A DNA stretch of 64,000 nucleotides from Candidatus Omnitrophota bacterium (GCA_031423615.1 JANPFV010000082.1:4208-68207), one strand, 5' to 3'; counted from the stretch's first letter, positions 48,920 through 58,704 are shown. Program-made: numbers and translations. The notes: generated from the sequence alone by a model not told the origin.

Positions 48920-50194
48920 TTATTTACGCCCCAACAGAGCAAACATCTTCGCTTTATACGCTTCTACACCCGGCTGATCAAATGGATTGACACCCATCAA
49001 ATAACCGGTCATCGCGCACGATTTTTCAAAAAAATAAAACAACTGACCCAAGCTATAAGCTTCAAATCTTGGCAAGGTGATCGTCATATTCGGGACACCG
49101 CCTTCCCAATGGGCCGCGGCCGTGGCCTTATAAGCTTGTTGATTGACCCAGTCGAGATTTTTTCCCGCCACACAATTGAAATTGTCCTGATTTTCTTTAT
49201 CTTCGGGAATGAGAAGTTCATTCCCGGTATCTTTAACAACAACAAAGGTTTCAAAAATATTACGCTCCCCTTCCTGAATCCATTGCCCCATGGAATGCAA
49301 ATCGGCAGTAAAATTGACTGATGCGGGAAAAATCCCGTGACCTTCCTTCCCTTCGCTTTCGCCAAACAATTGCTTCCACCATTCGGCCGTAAAACTTATC
49401 TCCTCATAAAAGTAAGCCAATATTTCAATCGCTTTCTTTTGTTTGTACAAAAGATAACGGTAAGCGCTGTATTGCCACGACAAATTTTTCTCTAACGATG
49501 CTTCCGAAAGATCTTTTTCCGCGTCTTTGGCGCCTTTGAGCAAACCCGCGATGTCGATCCCCGCGATGGCTAACGGAACCAATCCGACCGGAGACAGAAC
49601 CGAATAGCGTCCGCCAATATCATCTGCGATGGGATAGGTGCGGTAACCCGCTTTGTCAGCGATGGCGCGCAAAGCCCCTTTCTTCTCGTCGGTAATACAA
49701 ATAATCCGCTTCTTTAATTCCGCTTCAGAATACTTACTCTCCATAAATTTCTTGACCAAACGAAAAGCCACGGCCGGTTCCGTGGTGGTTCCGGACTTGG
49801 AGATGACGACAACACTGACGCGTTTGTCTTTGAGTTTGGCAAAAAGTTTCTTAAGATAACCTGAACTCATGTTGTGCCCGGCATAGTAAACAGGAATTTT
49901 TTGTTCGCGGGATAAAAAATCCAGGGCGGCCCGGATACCGATGTATGATCCCCCGATACCGATAGAAATCAAACAATCAGAATTCTTACGGACATCTTCC
50001 CCGAGTTTAATCAATTCGTCGATAAATTTCTTTTTGGTTTTGCTGGGAAGATTGATCCATCCGGTGAAATCATTGCCTTTTCCCTTACCTGCGTGAAGAT
50101 CATCATGGGCTTTTTTTAATTTCGGCGTAAGTGCCTGAAGGTCGCGGCCTTTAACAAAATTTTTTAAATTCGTGACATCTAACTGGATCTTCAT
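48920..50194 (-). CDS. pgi: Glucose-6-phosphate isomerase (short bacterial/archaeal type).
   Basis: PGI sugar-isomerase motifs. Confidence 0.85.
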   Translation of the reverse strand: MKIQLDVTNLKNFVKGRDLQALTPKLKKAHDDLHAGKGKGNDFTGWINLPSKTKKKFIDELIKLGEDVRKNSDCLISIGIGGSYIGIRAALDFLSREQKIPVYYAGHNMSSGYLKKLFAKLKDKRVSVVVISKSGTTTEPAVAFRLVKKFMESKYSEAELKKRIICITDEKKGALRAIADKAGYRTYPIADDIGGRYSVLSPVGLVPLAIAGIDIAGLLKGAKDAEKDLSEASLEKNLSWQYSAYRYLLYKQKKAIEILAYFYEEISFTAEWWKQLFGESEGKEGHGIFPASVNFTADLHSMGQWIQEGERNIFETFVVVKDTGNELLIPEDKENQDNFNCVAGKNLDWVNQQAYKATAAAHWEGGVPNMTITLPRFEAYSLGQLFYFFEKSCAMTGYLMGVNPFDQPGVEAYKAKMFALLGRK

Positions 50195-50210
50195 AACACC
50201 CTTTCTTCTA

Positions 50211-50287
50211 GGCGGGTTCTGTCGCTGCGGGACTCTACCGTCCTCGCAAGCTGCGGGCGGCAGAGAACTCCCCTTTGCGCCACCCGC
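50211..50287. repeat. GC-rich MITE-like repeat, copy 1 (shorter, internally deleted).
   Basis: Shares GTCGCTGCGGGACTCTACC...CTCGC...GCAGAGAACTCCCCTTTGCGCCACCCGC with the reverse complement of 54414-54505. Terminal inverted repeats GGCGGGT / ACCCGC. Confidence 0.6.
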
Positions 50288-51402
50288 TAAATTAAAACGC
50301 TACTTTCACATTTGATCGGCTGTTCGATAATCGCTCCCCCCAAAACAACATCGCCATCATAAAACACAATCGATTGTCCCGGTGTTACCGACTTTTGCGG
50401 CTCGATGAAATCAACACGAACACGGTCGTCGCCTAAATGTGTCAGTTTAGCTTTAACGACAAAAGCATTGTAACGGATACGTGCCTCGACCTCGATCGGG
50501 GTGGGCGGGATTTCCATGCTCACGGGATTAAATTCTTTTGCCAGCAATCCCGCAGAATACAACTCCGCGACATCACCGACGTAAACAGTGTTGGTATCTT
50601 TTTCAATTTTATAAACATAAACGGGATGACCTAAAGCGATCCCCAACTTGTCGCGCTGACCGATGGTATAATTCAAAATGCCCTTATGCTCGCCGACAAC
50701 CTCTCCGGCGCGATTCTTAAACGGACCCGGTATAAAAACGTGGTCTCCCACACGCCGACGAATAAATTCCTTGTAACCGGCATCCGGAACAAAACAGATG
50801 TCCTGACTTTCCGCCTTATCCGCCGTATTCAATTGATACTTACGGGCCAGATCACGCACTTGAGCCTTAGTCAAATCGCCCAGCGGGAATAACACTTTAG
50901 GCAAAGTGTCTTTACCCATGCTGTATAAAAAATAGCTTTGATCTTTGCGTTCATCGGCCGCTTTACGCAAACGGTAACGCCCGTCGCAATAATCAATCTT
51001 GCCGTAATGACCGGTCGCTAAATAATCCGCGCCTAAGGCCATGACTTTCTTATACAGCGATCCAAATTTCAAATGCTGATTACAGCGCACGCAGGGATTG
51101 GGAGTGCGTCCGTTTAAATATTCATTGGTAAAGTCTTCGATAATAAAATCATTGATGTCGGCGGCAAAGTCCAGAACATAATGGGGAATGTCGAGAATCT
51201 GCGCGGCCCGCCTCGCATCCTGGATCCCGTCGACACCGCAGCAAGACGGTTTTTTGCTGTCGGGATGAGAAATACTAAAACACATGGTGACCCCCACAAC
51301 CTCGTGACCGGCGTCTTTCATCAAACCGGCAACGACAGAAGAGTCAACTCCGCCGCTCATCGCGACAAAAACTTTCCGGCGATCTTGATTTTGTGTCATC
51401 AT
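50287..51402 (-). CDS. mnmA: tRNA-specific 2-thiouridylase.
   Basis: PP-loop SGGVDSS and full-length similarity. Confidence 0.9.
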   Translation of the reverse strand: MMTQNQDRRKVFVAMSGGVDSSVVAGLMKDAGHEVVGVTMCFSISHPDSKKPSCCGVDGIQDARRAAQILDIPHYVLDFAADINDFIIEDFTNEYLNGRTPNPCVRCNQHLKFGSLYKKVMALGADYLATGHYGKIDYCDGRYRLRKAADERKDQSYFLYSMGKDTLPKVLFPLGDLTKAQVRDLARKYQLNTADKAESQDICFVPDAGYKEFIRRRVGDHVFIPGPFKNRAGEVVGEHKGILNYTIGQRDKLGIALGHPVYVYKIEKDTNTVYVGDVAELYSAGLLAKEFNPVSMEIPPTPIEVEARIRYNAFVVKAKLTHLGDDRVRVDFIEPQKSVTPGQSIVFYDGDVVLGGAIIEQPIKCESSVLI

Positions 51403-51465
51403 GGCATTTGTAAAGAGTCGTTGCGGCCGTCTCTCCCCTCGGAAAAGATTGCCGTACCGGCTCTT

Positions 51466-53637
51466 TTATATTTTAGTTAGACCTTGTCGGATCGCCCCTT
51501 GGGTCACTTGCAAAAGATAATCCAGTTCACGTTTTGAAATGGACAAGGGCGGCATCAACACAATCACATTCCCTAGGGGCCGCAAAATAACCCCGCGACG
51601 ACGCGCCTGTTCGCAAACCTTGATTCCGGCCTTATCTTCCCAGGCAAAAGGTTCCCGGGTGGCTTTGTCCTTGACCAGTTCAATACCGGCCATAAATCCC
51701 TTGTGCCGGACATGTCCGACGTGAGGTAAATTATAAAACATTTTTAACTTTTCGCTTAAAATATTTATCTTGGAATGCAAACGCGCCAAGGTATGTTCCT
51801 TGGCAAAAATTTCTAAATTAGCCAGCGCGGCGGCACAGGCCAAGGGATTTCCGGAATACGTATGACCGTGAAAAAATGTTTTCTGGTCCTTATACTCAAA
51901 GACAAAACCGTCAAAAACTTTTTTCGTGACCAAGGTCGCGGCCAACGGCAAATAACCTCCGCTTAACCCTTTGGCCAGACACAAGAAATCCGGCGTGACA
52001 TTGTCGTGTTCACAGGCAAACATTTTTCCCGTCCGGCCAAAACCCGTCGCCACTTCATCAGCAATGAGTAGAACCTCATGCTTTTCACAAAGCTCTTTGA
52101 TCTGCTTTAAAAGGCCGTCCGGCCAGACAATCATTCCCGCCGCTCCCTGCACCACAGGTTCGACAATCAAGACCGCTATTTCTTTAGCCGACTGATGAAA
52201 GAGGGCTTCCAGTTTCTGAAAAGCGTGATCAAAGTTCTGGTCGCGATAACCATCAGGAAAGTCAATTTGTACCGTCGGAAACGTTAAATCTTCATACACT
52301 TTATGAAAAAGGCCGATCCCTCCTACGCTCACACTTCCCAACGTATCGCCATGGTAAGAATTCGCCAGATGAACAATTTTTATTTTTTCCGGACGGCCGG
52401 TATTTTGCCAATATTGATACGCCATCTTAAGGGCGATCTCAACAGCTGTCGATCCATTATCGGAATAAAAAACTTTTTTTAGACCTCGAGGTGCGATCGT
52501 CACCAATTTCTTGGCCAATTCTATAGCCGGAACATGAGAAAGTCCCAGCAATGTCGAATGGTCCAAATGATTCAGCTGATCTTTGATCGCCGCATTAATG
52601 GCAGGATGATTATGGCCATGGACCGTGACCCAGAGGCTAGAAATTCCGTCGAGATAACGCCGTCCTTGCGTATCAATCAAATGGCATCCTTCGGCTCGGT
52701 CAATCACCACGGGGTCCGAGTCCAGCCAATCTTTCATTTGCGTGAAAGGGTGCCAAAGAAAATTCTTGTCGTCATTAACAAGGGAGCTCGTTTTTGTCGA
52801 GTCGGCATAAACCAAAAAGGGGTTGAGGTCTATCTTATCTTTACAAATCTTAAGAATGGCCGCGCAGGAAAGATCCTCACAAAAGGGGATGATTCCTAGC
52901 CCGGGGACCTTGCTAAAATGTTTGATCGCTGCGGGATTGGTTTTTTCGGGCACACCGGGAATTTTCTTTTCACTTTCTGAAAAAATAATACCGGCGACAG
53001 GGATACCCCGGTCGCGGGCTTTGTCAATCGTCAACAGCGTGTGATTGATCGTCCCCAGGCCCAAACGGCTGACAATCACCACCTCGATGCCCATGTCCTT
53101 GATCAGATCCGCAAGCAAATAATCTTCCCGTACCGGCACCATCAATCCGCCCGCACCCTCGACGAGCAAAACATCATGACGCCGCCGCAGTTTTTGAAAA
53201 ATAGAAATTATTTTTTCGCGATGGATCTGTATTTTTTGGCGTTTAAAAGCCACGTGCGGAGAAAAAGGTTCCTTGGCGCAGTAAGGATTTATCTCGGCCA
53301 AGGGGTCGGTGCTCTGCAAGAATTCCTTTAAAACTTTCGCATCATCGCCCCCGCATTGAATCGGTTTCATCACACCGACATCCAAACCTTTGTCTTTAAG
53401 AAGCGTGGCCAGGACCTTGATCGCCGTGGTTTTCCCCACACCCGTATCCGTTGCGGAAATAAAAAACGCCCGTCCCTGTTTTGGTTTTCCTCCTTTGAGA
53501 GGACGCCCGGCGATTTCAGGAACTTTTCGCGGTTTTTCCGCGGGCTTTTCTATTTCCTCATCGATTTCATCAAGGCAATCTAAAGGACTGATCGCATCTT
53601 CATCTTGTTTTCTTTTCATTTTCTCCCCTTTATCCAA
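51466..53637 (-). CDS. Bifunctional dethiobiotin synthetase (BioD) / adenosylmethionine-8-amino-7-oxononanoate aminotransferase (BioA) fusion with a 50-aa charged leader.
   Basis: BioD P-loop GTDTGVGKT in the N-terminal half; class III aminotransferase in the C-terminal half. Confidence 0.85.
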   Translation of the reverse strand: MDKGEKMKRKQDEDAISPLDCLDEIDEEIEKPAEKPRKVPEIAGRPLKGGKPKQGRAFFISATDTGVGKTTAIKVLATLLKDKGLDVGVMKPIQCGGDDAKVLKEFLQSTDPLAEINPYCAKEPFSPHVAFKRQKIQIHREKIISIFQKLRRRHDVLLVEGAGGLMVPVREDYLLADLIKDMGIEVVIVSRLGLGTINHTLLTIDKARDRGIPVAGIIFSESEKKIPGVPEKTNPAAIKHFSKVPGLGIIPFCEDLSCAAILKICKDKIDLNPFLVYADSTKTSSLVNDDKNFLWHPFTQMKDWLDSDPVVIDRAEGCHLIDTQGRRYLDGISSLWVTVHGHNHPAINAAIKDQLNHLDHSTLLGLSHVPAIELAKKLVTIAPRGLKKVFYSDNGSTAVEIALKMAYQYWQNTGRPEKIKIVHLANSYHGDTLGSVSVGGIGLFHKVYEDLTFPTVQIDFPDGYRDQNFDHAFQKLEALFHQSAKEIAVLIVEPVVQGAAGMIVWPDGLLKQIKELCEKHEVLLIADEVATGFGRTGKMFACEHDNVTPDFLCLAKGLSGGYLPLAATLVTKKVFDGFVFEYKDQKTFFHGHTYSGNPLACAAALANLEIFAKEHTLARLHSKINILSEKLKMFYNLPHVGHVRHKGFMAGIELVKDKATREPFAWEDKAGIKVCEQARRRGVILRPLGNVIVLMPPLSISKRELDYLLQVTQGAIRQGLTKI

Positions 53638-54401
53638 ATCACTTCAAAAGAAGCGGCCACTCCCCAACGGCCTTTAAAATTTTTTTCATAATATTCAGAA
53701 ACTTTCGCTAAATATCGCGGGCCAATATAAAAATGAAGGTTTGTCCGGTTTGCCCCAATCAATTTCAGCCAGGTCAGTAAACTGTACAGGTCATCAAAAT
53801 GGGTTTTCGTGATCTCCGACGCGACGACGATGTCCCTGAATCCCGCCGCCGTCAAAGCCTCCTGGATTAGGGCTGAATCAGGGAGTTTCTGCAATTTTCC
53901 GGCGCCACCGTTTTGGCCGGAAATTTTTTCTAACGAAGTAAAAAGTTCTCCTAATGTCCTTTGGCCAAATAAAGTCGCGCGAAATTTTCCGTTCTTTTTA
54001 AGGACCCGTCGAGATTCTGCAAAAGCTTTCGGCAAATCTTTGACCCATTGATAGGCGAGATTGGAAAAAACCGCGCCATAACTTTCATCCGAAAAAGGCA
54101 AGGCCGATGCGTCCGCCTGCACAACGGCGAACGATTCATACTTTTTCTTGGCCTCTTCAACCATGCCGTCGGCAAAATCCACACCGACAACCTGAGCGCC
54201 GGGGCAAAGATGACTCATCCTGTTTGTCAATTTCCCTGTCCCCATGCCGACATCAAGAATCCGTTCGCACGTTTCGTCCCATTCCAATGTCTTAATCAGT
54301 TCACGGCCTATCTCATATTGCATCCCGGATAAGACTTCGTAATGAGCGGCGGAATTGGAAAAGGCCTGACGGATATGTTGGTTGAACTGTTTTAAAATCA
54401 T
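53616..54401 (-). CDS. bioC: Malonyl-ACP O-methyltransferase BioC-like SAM methyltransferase.
   Basis: Class I MTase motif ILDVGMGTG; biotin operon context. Confidence 0.7.
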   Translation of the reverse strand: MILKQFNQHIRQAFSNSAAHYEVLSGMQYEIGRELIKTLEWDETCERILDVGMGTGKLTNRMSHLCPGAQVVGVDFADGMVEEAKKKYESFAVVQADASALPFSDESYGAVFSNLAYQWVKDLPKAFAESRRVLKKNGKFRATLFGQRTLGELFTSLEKISGQNGGAGKLQKLPDSALIQEALTAAGFRDIVVASEITKTHFDDLYSLLTWLKLIGANRTNLHFYIGPRYLAKVSEYYEKNFKGRWGVAASFEVIWIKGRK

Positions 54402-55306
54402 ACTTCTTCCACCCCGGGTCCGGGTGGCGCGGAGGGGAGTCCTCTGCCCGACGAGCCAGACTTTAGCTGGCGAGGCGGGTAGAGTCCCGCAGCGACAGGA
54501 CCCGGAACAATTTCAATAAATTTTTCTACCGCAGCATTGAATGCATGCGGCTGGCTTAGAAACGGAAAGTGTCCGCATTTTTCAAACCAAACGAATTGCG
54601 CCGACGGTATTTTATCGCCTAAGTTTTCATAGAATTCCCGCTGACAAATGTAATCTTCCGTGCCGTTGGCAAATAAAACCGGCAGGGTCAATTTGGAAAA
54701 CGCATCGCGTAAATCGGCGCATTCTAAAATTTCCAAGAAATTAATAAGGGCCTCTTTCTGCGGAACGCTATCGGTTTTCTTAAATCTCTGTATCCACCGA
54801 AACCGTCGTGTTTCGCGTTCTTGCCGGGTAAATAATGAGCGAAAAAAAATATCCACTATCGAAGGATAATCCCTTCGCAATTGTCCCGCCAATTTGCGAA
54901 TGCGCTCTGGGGCCAGCCCAAAAGGATAATCCTCAGAACGGCAAAACTTCGGTTGCGAACCGGCGCAAACAATAAACTTGATGCGTTCACGGCGTAATTC
55001 TAAAAGTTTTAAAGCCACCAAACCACCGAACGAACTGGCGATAAGACCCATTTCTTCACAATTGAGATCAGCCAATAGAAAGTCCACATCTTGTGCGATG
55101 CTTTTTAAGTCGACCTTTTGCCAATCCGTTTTTCCGTGTCCCGGCAGATCGAGAGCGATGACCCGATGTTGAGAAGAAAAGTATTTGAACTGTTGTCGCC
55201 AAATACGGCTGTTGACGCCGAAGCCGTGCAAAAAAAGCAAGGTTGAGCCCTGGCCAGCGATTTCATAATGCCAGTTCAATCCTCGCGGTGTTTTTAAATA
55301 AGGCAT
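54398..55306 (-). CDS. Alpha/beta-hydrolase, BioH-like pimeloyl-ACP methyl ester esterase. The last ~36 codons are encoded by the MITE-like repeat.
   Basis: HGFGVNSRIW...GHGKTD nucleophile-elbow region; the low-complexity tail PGPVAAGLYPPRQLKSGSSGRGLPSAPPGPGVEEV maps onto the repeat. Confidence 0.7.
   Translation of the reverse strand: MPYLKTPRGLNWHYEIAGQGSTLLFLHGFGVNSRIWRQQFKYFSSQHRVIALDLPGHGKTDWQKVDLKSIAQDVDFLLADLNCEEMGLIASSFGGLVALKLLELRRERIKFIVCAGSQPKFCRSEDYPFGLAPERIRKLAGQLRRDYPSIVDIFFRSLFTRQERETRRFRWIQRFKKTDSVPQKEALINFLEILECADLRDAFSKLTLPVLFANGTEDYICQREFYENLGDKIPSAQFVWFEKCGHFPFLSQPHAFNAAVEKFIEIVPGPVAAGLYPPRQLKSGSSGRGLPSAPPGPGVEEV
54414..54505. repeat. GC-rich MITE-like repeat, copy 2 (full length, about 92 bp, terminal inverted repeats CCGGGTCC / GGACCCGG).
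   Basis: Alignment with copy 1; terminal inverted repeats and an internal GCGGG-N6-CCCGC hairpin. Confidence 0.6.
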
Positions 55307-56466
55307 AACTCTTTCCCAATTTTTTTAAAGAGACTCAGCAGAATGTCTAAATCTTCTTGAGTGTGTGTCGCCATGAGGGTTACGCGTAACCGGGCGGTAT
55401 GGGCTGGCACCGTCGGAGGACGGATCGCGGAAACAAGCAATCCCGCCGCAAAAAGTTTTTCAGAAAAACGGACACTCTTATGACTGTCCTTGACTAAGAT
55501 GGGAATGATAGGTGTTTGCGTATGGAGAGTATCAAACCCTAAATCCTTAAGACCTTTCAAAATAAAATGCGTATGATCCCACAGTTTTTTCCGACGGGCC
55601 GGTTCATTTTCAATAATTTCCAGGCCTTTTAAGGAGGCGGCCGCAACAGACGGCGGCAGACCGGTTGTATAAATAAAACTACGCGCCTTATTGATCAAAA
55701 AATTAATCAGCTCTTGAGATCCGCAGACATACGCGCCAAAACTTCCGGCGGCCTTTGAAAATGTTCCCATTTGAATATCAATTTGGCCTTCCAGTCCAAA
55801 ATGCTCGACGCTGCCTTTCCCATTCTTCCCCAAAACCCCCAAACCATGCGCTTCATCAATCATAACGGTACAGTTATACTTCTTTGCCAATAACACAATC
55901 TCAGGTAAAGGCGCAATATCGCCATCCATGCTAAAAACGCTGTCCGTAACGATCAATTTCTTTACGGCTGGCGGTGCGACTTTGAGCATAGCTTCCAAGG
56001 ACTCGGTGTCCGCGTGAGCATAACGTTTATATTCCGCTTGGCTTAACAAAATTCCGTCGATGATTGAGGCGTGATTCAATTTGTCGCTGAAAATCATGTC
56101 GCCCCGGCCGAACAAAGAAGAAATAATTCCGACATTGGCCATATATCCCGTGCTAAAAAGCAAACACCGCGCTGTCCCTTTAAACTGCGCCATCTTTTCT
56201 TCCAGACGGGTATGGCTTGATAAATTGCCGCATACCAAACGGGATGCGCCGGAACCGAAACCTTCCTCATGAAGACTTCTTACCACCGCTTCACCCAGCC
56301 GCATGTCATCCGCCAGTCCCAAATAATTATTGGAACAAAAATTGATAAGTTTCCGTCCCCCGATTGTAATCTCGCGGCCCTGACTACTTTCGAGCGTACG
56401 GATTTCTCGGCGCAGACCTTTATCCGACAATTGGGAAAGGGTGTGATTTAAAAATGTTTCCATCAT
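55294..56466 (-). CDS. bioF: 8-amino-7-oxononanoate synthase.
   Basis: Class II aminotransferase fold with a PLP Lys motif (GTFSKAAGSFG). Confidence 0.85.
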   Translation of the reverse strand: MMETFLNHTLSQLSDKGLRREIRTLESSQGREITIGGRKLINFCSNNYLGLADDMRLGEAVVRSLHEEGFGSGASRLVCGNLSSHTRLEEKMAQFKGTARCLLFSTGYMANVGIISSLFGRGDMIFSDKLNHASIIDGILLSQAEYKRYAHADTESLEAMLKVAPPAVKKLIVTDSVFSMDGDIAPLPEIVLLAKKYNCTVMIDEAHGLGVLGKNGKGSVEHFGLEGQIDIQMGTFSKAAGSFGAYVCGSQELINFLINKARSFIYTTGLPPSVAAASLKGLEIIENEPARRKKLWDHTHFILKGLKDLGFDTLHTQTPIIPILVKDSHKSVRFSEKLFAAGLLVSAIRPPTVPAHTARLRVTLMATHTQEDLDILLSLFKKIGKELCLI

Positions 56467-57434
56467 AGGTTTACTTTTGAGCTTAAATGCACAGCCTCTC
56501 CGGAATGTTTTTTGACCACTTCGCCCGAATCTTTGCGCAAAAGCAAACTCCCGTCGAAAGCCAGATCAAAAGCCAAGCCCTCGATCTCTCCCAGCGGTTC
56601 TACAAATTTAACTCTTTGTCCCAGTGTCCACGATAAATCTTTCCACCGGCCGCTGACCGAAGAGAAGCCTTTCTTTTCAAAAATCTCCAGCCAGGTTTCA
56701 AAAGAACGGAGGATTTCCTGCAAAATACTGAGTCGCGAAAAATCCTTTTGGCCTTGAATTTTTAAAGATGTCGCCTCAACCGGTAATTGCGATATCAAGG
56801 TGTTGACATTGATGCCAAACCCGACGACGACAAAACGGACGCGGTCCATTTCTGCATTCAATTCGGTAAGAATGCCCGCAACTTTTTTCCCGGAAATTAA
56901 AATATCATTAGGCCATTTGATACGGGCCTCTAATCCGGATACGGTACGGATAGCTTCACAAATGGCGACTGCCGACACCAGGGTCAATTGCGCCACTTCA
57001 TTCAGCGGGGTCAGCGGTCTTAAAAGCAACGAAGCGTAAATTCCTTTGCCGGGCGGGGAAACCCATTCCCGGCCCAAACGGCCCCGGCCTTTGGTTTGCG
57101 ATTCCGCACAAACTACCGTTCCCTCTTTGGCCCCGGCAATTCCCAGCCGGACCGCTTCATCCATGGTAGAAGACATCGTTTCTTTATAAATAATATTGTG
57201 ACCGAGGATTTTCGTGCCCAAATTGAATTTGATTTCCCAGGGAAGCAATTTGTCGGGAGAAGTGCGAATACGGTATCCCCGACGGGAAATGGCCTCGATG
57301 TCATATCCTTGACGGCGGAAATCTTCAATATATTTCCAAATGCCTGCGCGACTGATCTTTAAAGCGCGGCTGATTTCTTCCCCGGAAAGATAACCCGGAC
57401 AATTCTTTAAAGAATGAATGATCTGTTCTTGCAT
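56463..57434 (-). CDS. birA: Bifunctional biotin-protein ligase / biotin operon repressor.
   Basis: N-terminal HTH (LSGEEISRALKISRAGIWKYI), a BPL catalytic domain (GRGRLGREW), and a C-terminal SH3-like domain. Confidence 0.85.
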   Translation of the reverse strand: MQEQIIHSLKNCPGYLSGEEISRALKISRAGIWKYIEDFRRQGYDIEAISRRGYRIRTSPDKLLPWEIKFNLGTKILGHNIIYKETMSSTMDEAVRLGIAGAKEGTVVCAESQTKGRGRLGREWVSPPGKGIYASLLLRPLTPLNEVAQLTLVSAVAICEAIRTVSGLEARIKWPNDILISGKKVAGILTELNAEMDRVRFVVVGFGINVNTLISQLPVEATSLKIQGQKDFSRLSILQEILRSFETWLEIFEKKGFSSVSGRWKDLSWTLGQRVKFVEPLGEIEGLAFDLAFDGSLLLRKDSGEVVKKHSGEAVHLSSKVNL

Positions 57435-57441
57435 AGCGATT

Positions 57442-58581
57442 TTATTTTCTCAACTCACGTACAGCTTGAGGCAATTTTTCAATTAAATAATCTATCTGTG
57501 TTTTTGTAGTCGTGCGGCCCAGAGAAATACGTAAAGCTCCTCGTGCCCATTCATCTGACAAACCGATCGCTTTTAAAACATGGGAGGGCTCCATAGCGCC
57601 GGCCTTGCAGGCCGATCCCATAGACGCGGCCATACCGGCCATATCCAAACTCAACAAAAGCGCTTCTCCTTTAATTTTTTCAAAAGAAAAATGCACATTA
57701 TTCGGTAAACGATTGGTCCGGTGTCCATTCAACCGGCTTCCCTCTACCCGCTGTAAAATCTGATCAATCAAAAAATCTCTTAACGCGCGCTGGGATGATG
57801 ATTCCGCCGACATTTTGTCCTGACAAATCTGGACGGCTTTCGCTAAACCCACCGCTCCGGCGACATTCTGCGTTGAAGCGCGACGGCCATTTTCCTGATG
57901 ACCTCCTAAAAATTGACTGGCCAGTTTGATTCCCTTTCTTAAATACAAAGCGCCGATGCCTTTGGGACCATAAAATTTATGCGCCGACAGAGACATCATG
58001 TCCACCTTCATATTTTCAACATTCAACGGCAAGTGCCCCACAGTTTGTACGGCGTCGACATGAAAAAGAATATTTTTCTCGCGGGTGATTCTGCCGATTT
58101 CAGCAACCGGCTCAATGGTCCCGATTTCATTACTGGCGTGCATAATGGAAACCAAAATAGTTTTATCCGTCATTTCCTTATGCAAGGCGTCAAGCGAAAC
58201 ACAGCCTTTTTCATCCACGTCGATATAGGTGACGCGAAAGCCTTCCTTCTCTATATATTGGGCGGTTTCAAGAACCGAGGGATGCTCTATGCGCGATACA
58301 ATAATATGGTTGCCTGCTGGATTAAATCGCCGCGCTGTTCCGAGGAGGGCCAAATTATTTGCTTCTGTGCCGCCGGAGGTAAAAATGATTTCCTCCCGCT
58401 CGGCCCCCAAGAATTTTGCCAGGATATCGCGACTGTCTTCCAGCGCCTTTTGGGCTTCCAGACCAAAGCTGTGCGGGGAGGAAGCATTACCAAATTTTTG
58501 TGTAAAATATGGCATCATAGCGTGGCAGACCTGCGGGTCAGCGGGTGTCGTCGAGGCAAAATCAAAATAAATCTTTTCCAT
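57442..58581 (-). CDS. Cysteine desulfurase (NifS/IscS class I) heading the biotin cluster.
   Basis: PLP Lys motif SLSAHKFYGPKGIGALY and active-site Cys SMGSACK. Confidence 0.85.
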   Translation of the reverse strand: MEKIYFDFASTTPADPQVCHAMMPYFTQKFGNASSPHSFGLEAQKALEDSRDILAKFLGAEREEIIFTSGGTEANNLALLGTARRFNPAGNHIIVSRIEHPSVLETAQYIEKEGFRVTYIDVDEKGCVSLDALHKEMTDKTILVSIMHASNEIGTIEPVAEIGRITREKNILFHVDAVQTVGHLPLNVENMKVDMMSLSAHKFYGPKGIGALYLRKGIKLASQFLGGHQENGRRASTQNVAGAVGLAKAVQICQDKMSAESSSQRALRDFLIDQILQRVEGSRLNGHRTNRLPNNVHFSFEKIKGEALLLSLDMAGMAASMGSACKAGAMEPSHVLKAIGLSDEWARGALRISLGRTTTKTQIDYLIEKLPQAVRELRK

Positions 58582-58601
58582 AGCTCTCCAAATTGAAGGG
58601 T

Positions 58602-58653
58602 ATATTACTATTCCTCCCAGCCATTGTCAACCATACATTCTTGGCGGTTTACA
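58602..58653 (-). promoter_or_regulatory. Sigma70-type promoter of the nifS-birA-bio operon, overlapped by a BirA-operator-like inverted repeat.
   Basis: Minus strand TTGACA, 16 nt, then TAATAT. The inverted repeat TTGTCAACC-N13-GGTTTACAA resembles the E. coli bioO half-sites TTGTAAACC / GGTTTACAA. Confidence 0.4.
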
Positions 58654-58704
58654 AATAGTTTCGGACGTTACCATAAAGATGTTGTGCCGTCCTTCATACG
58701 ACGT

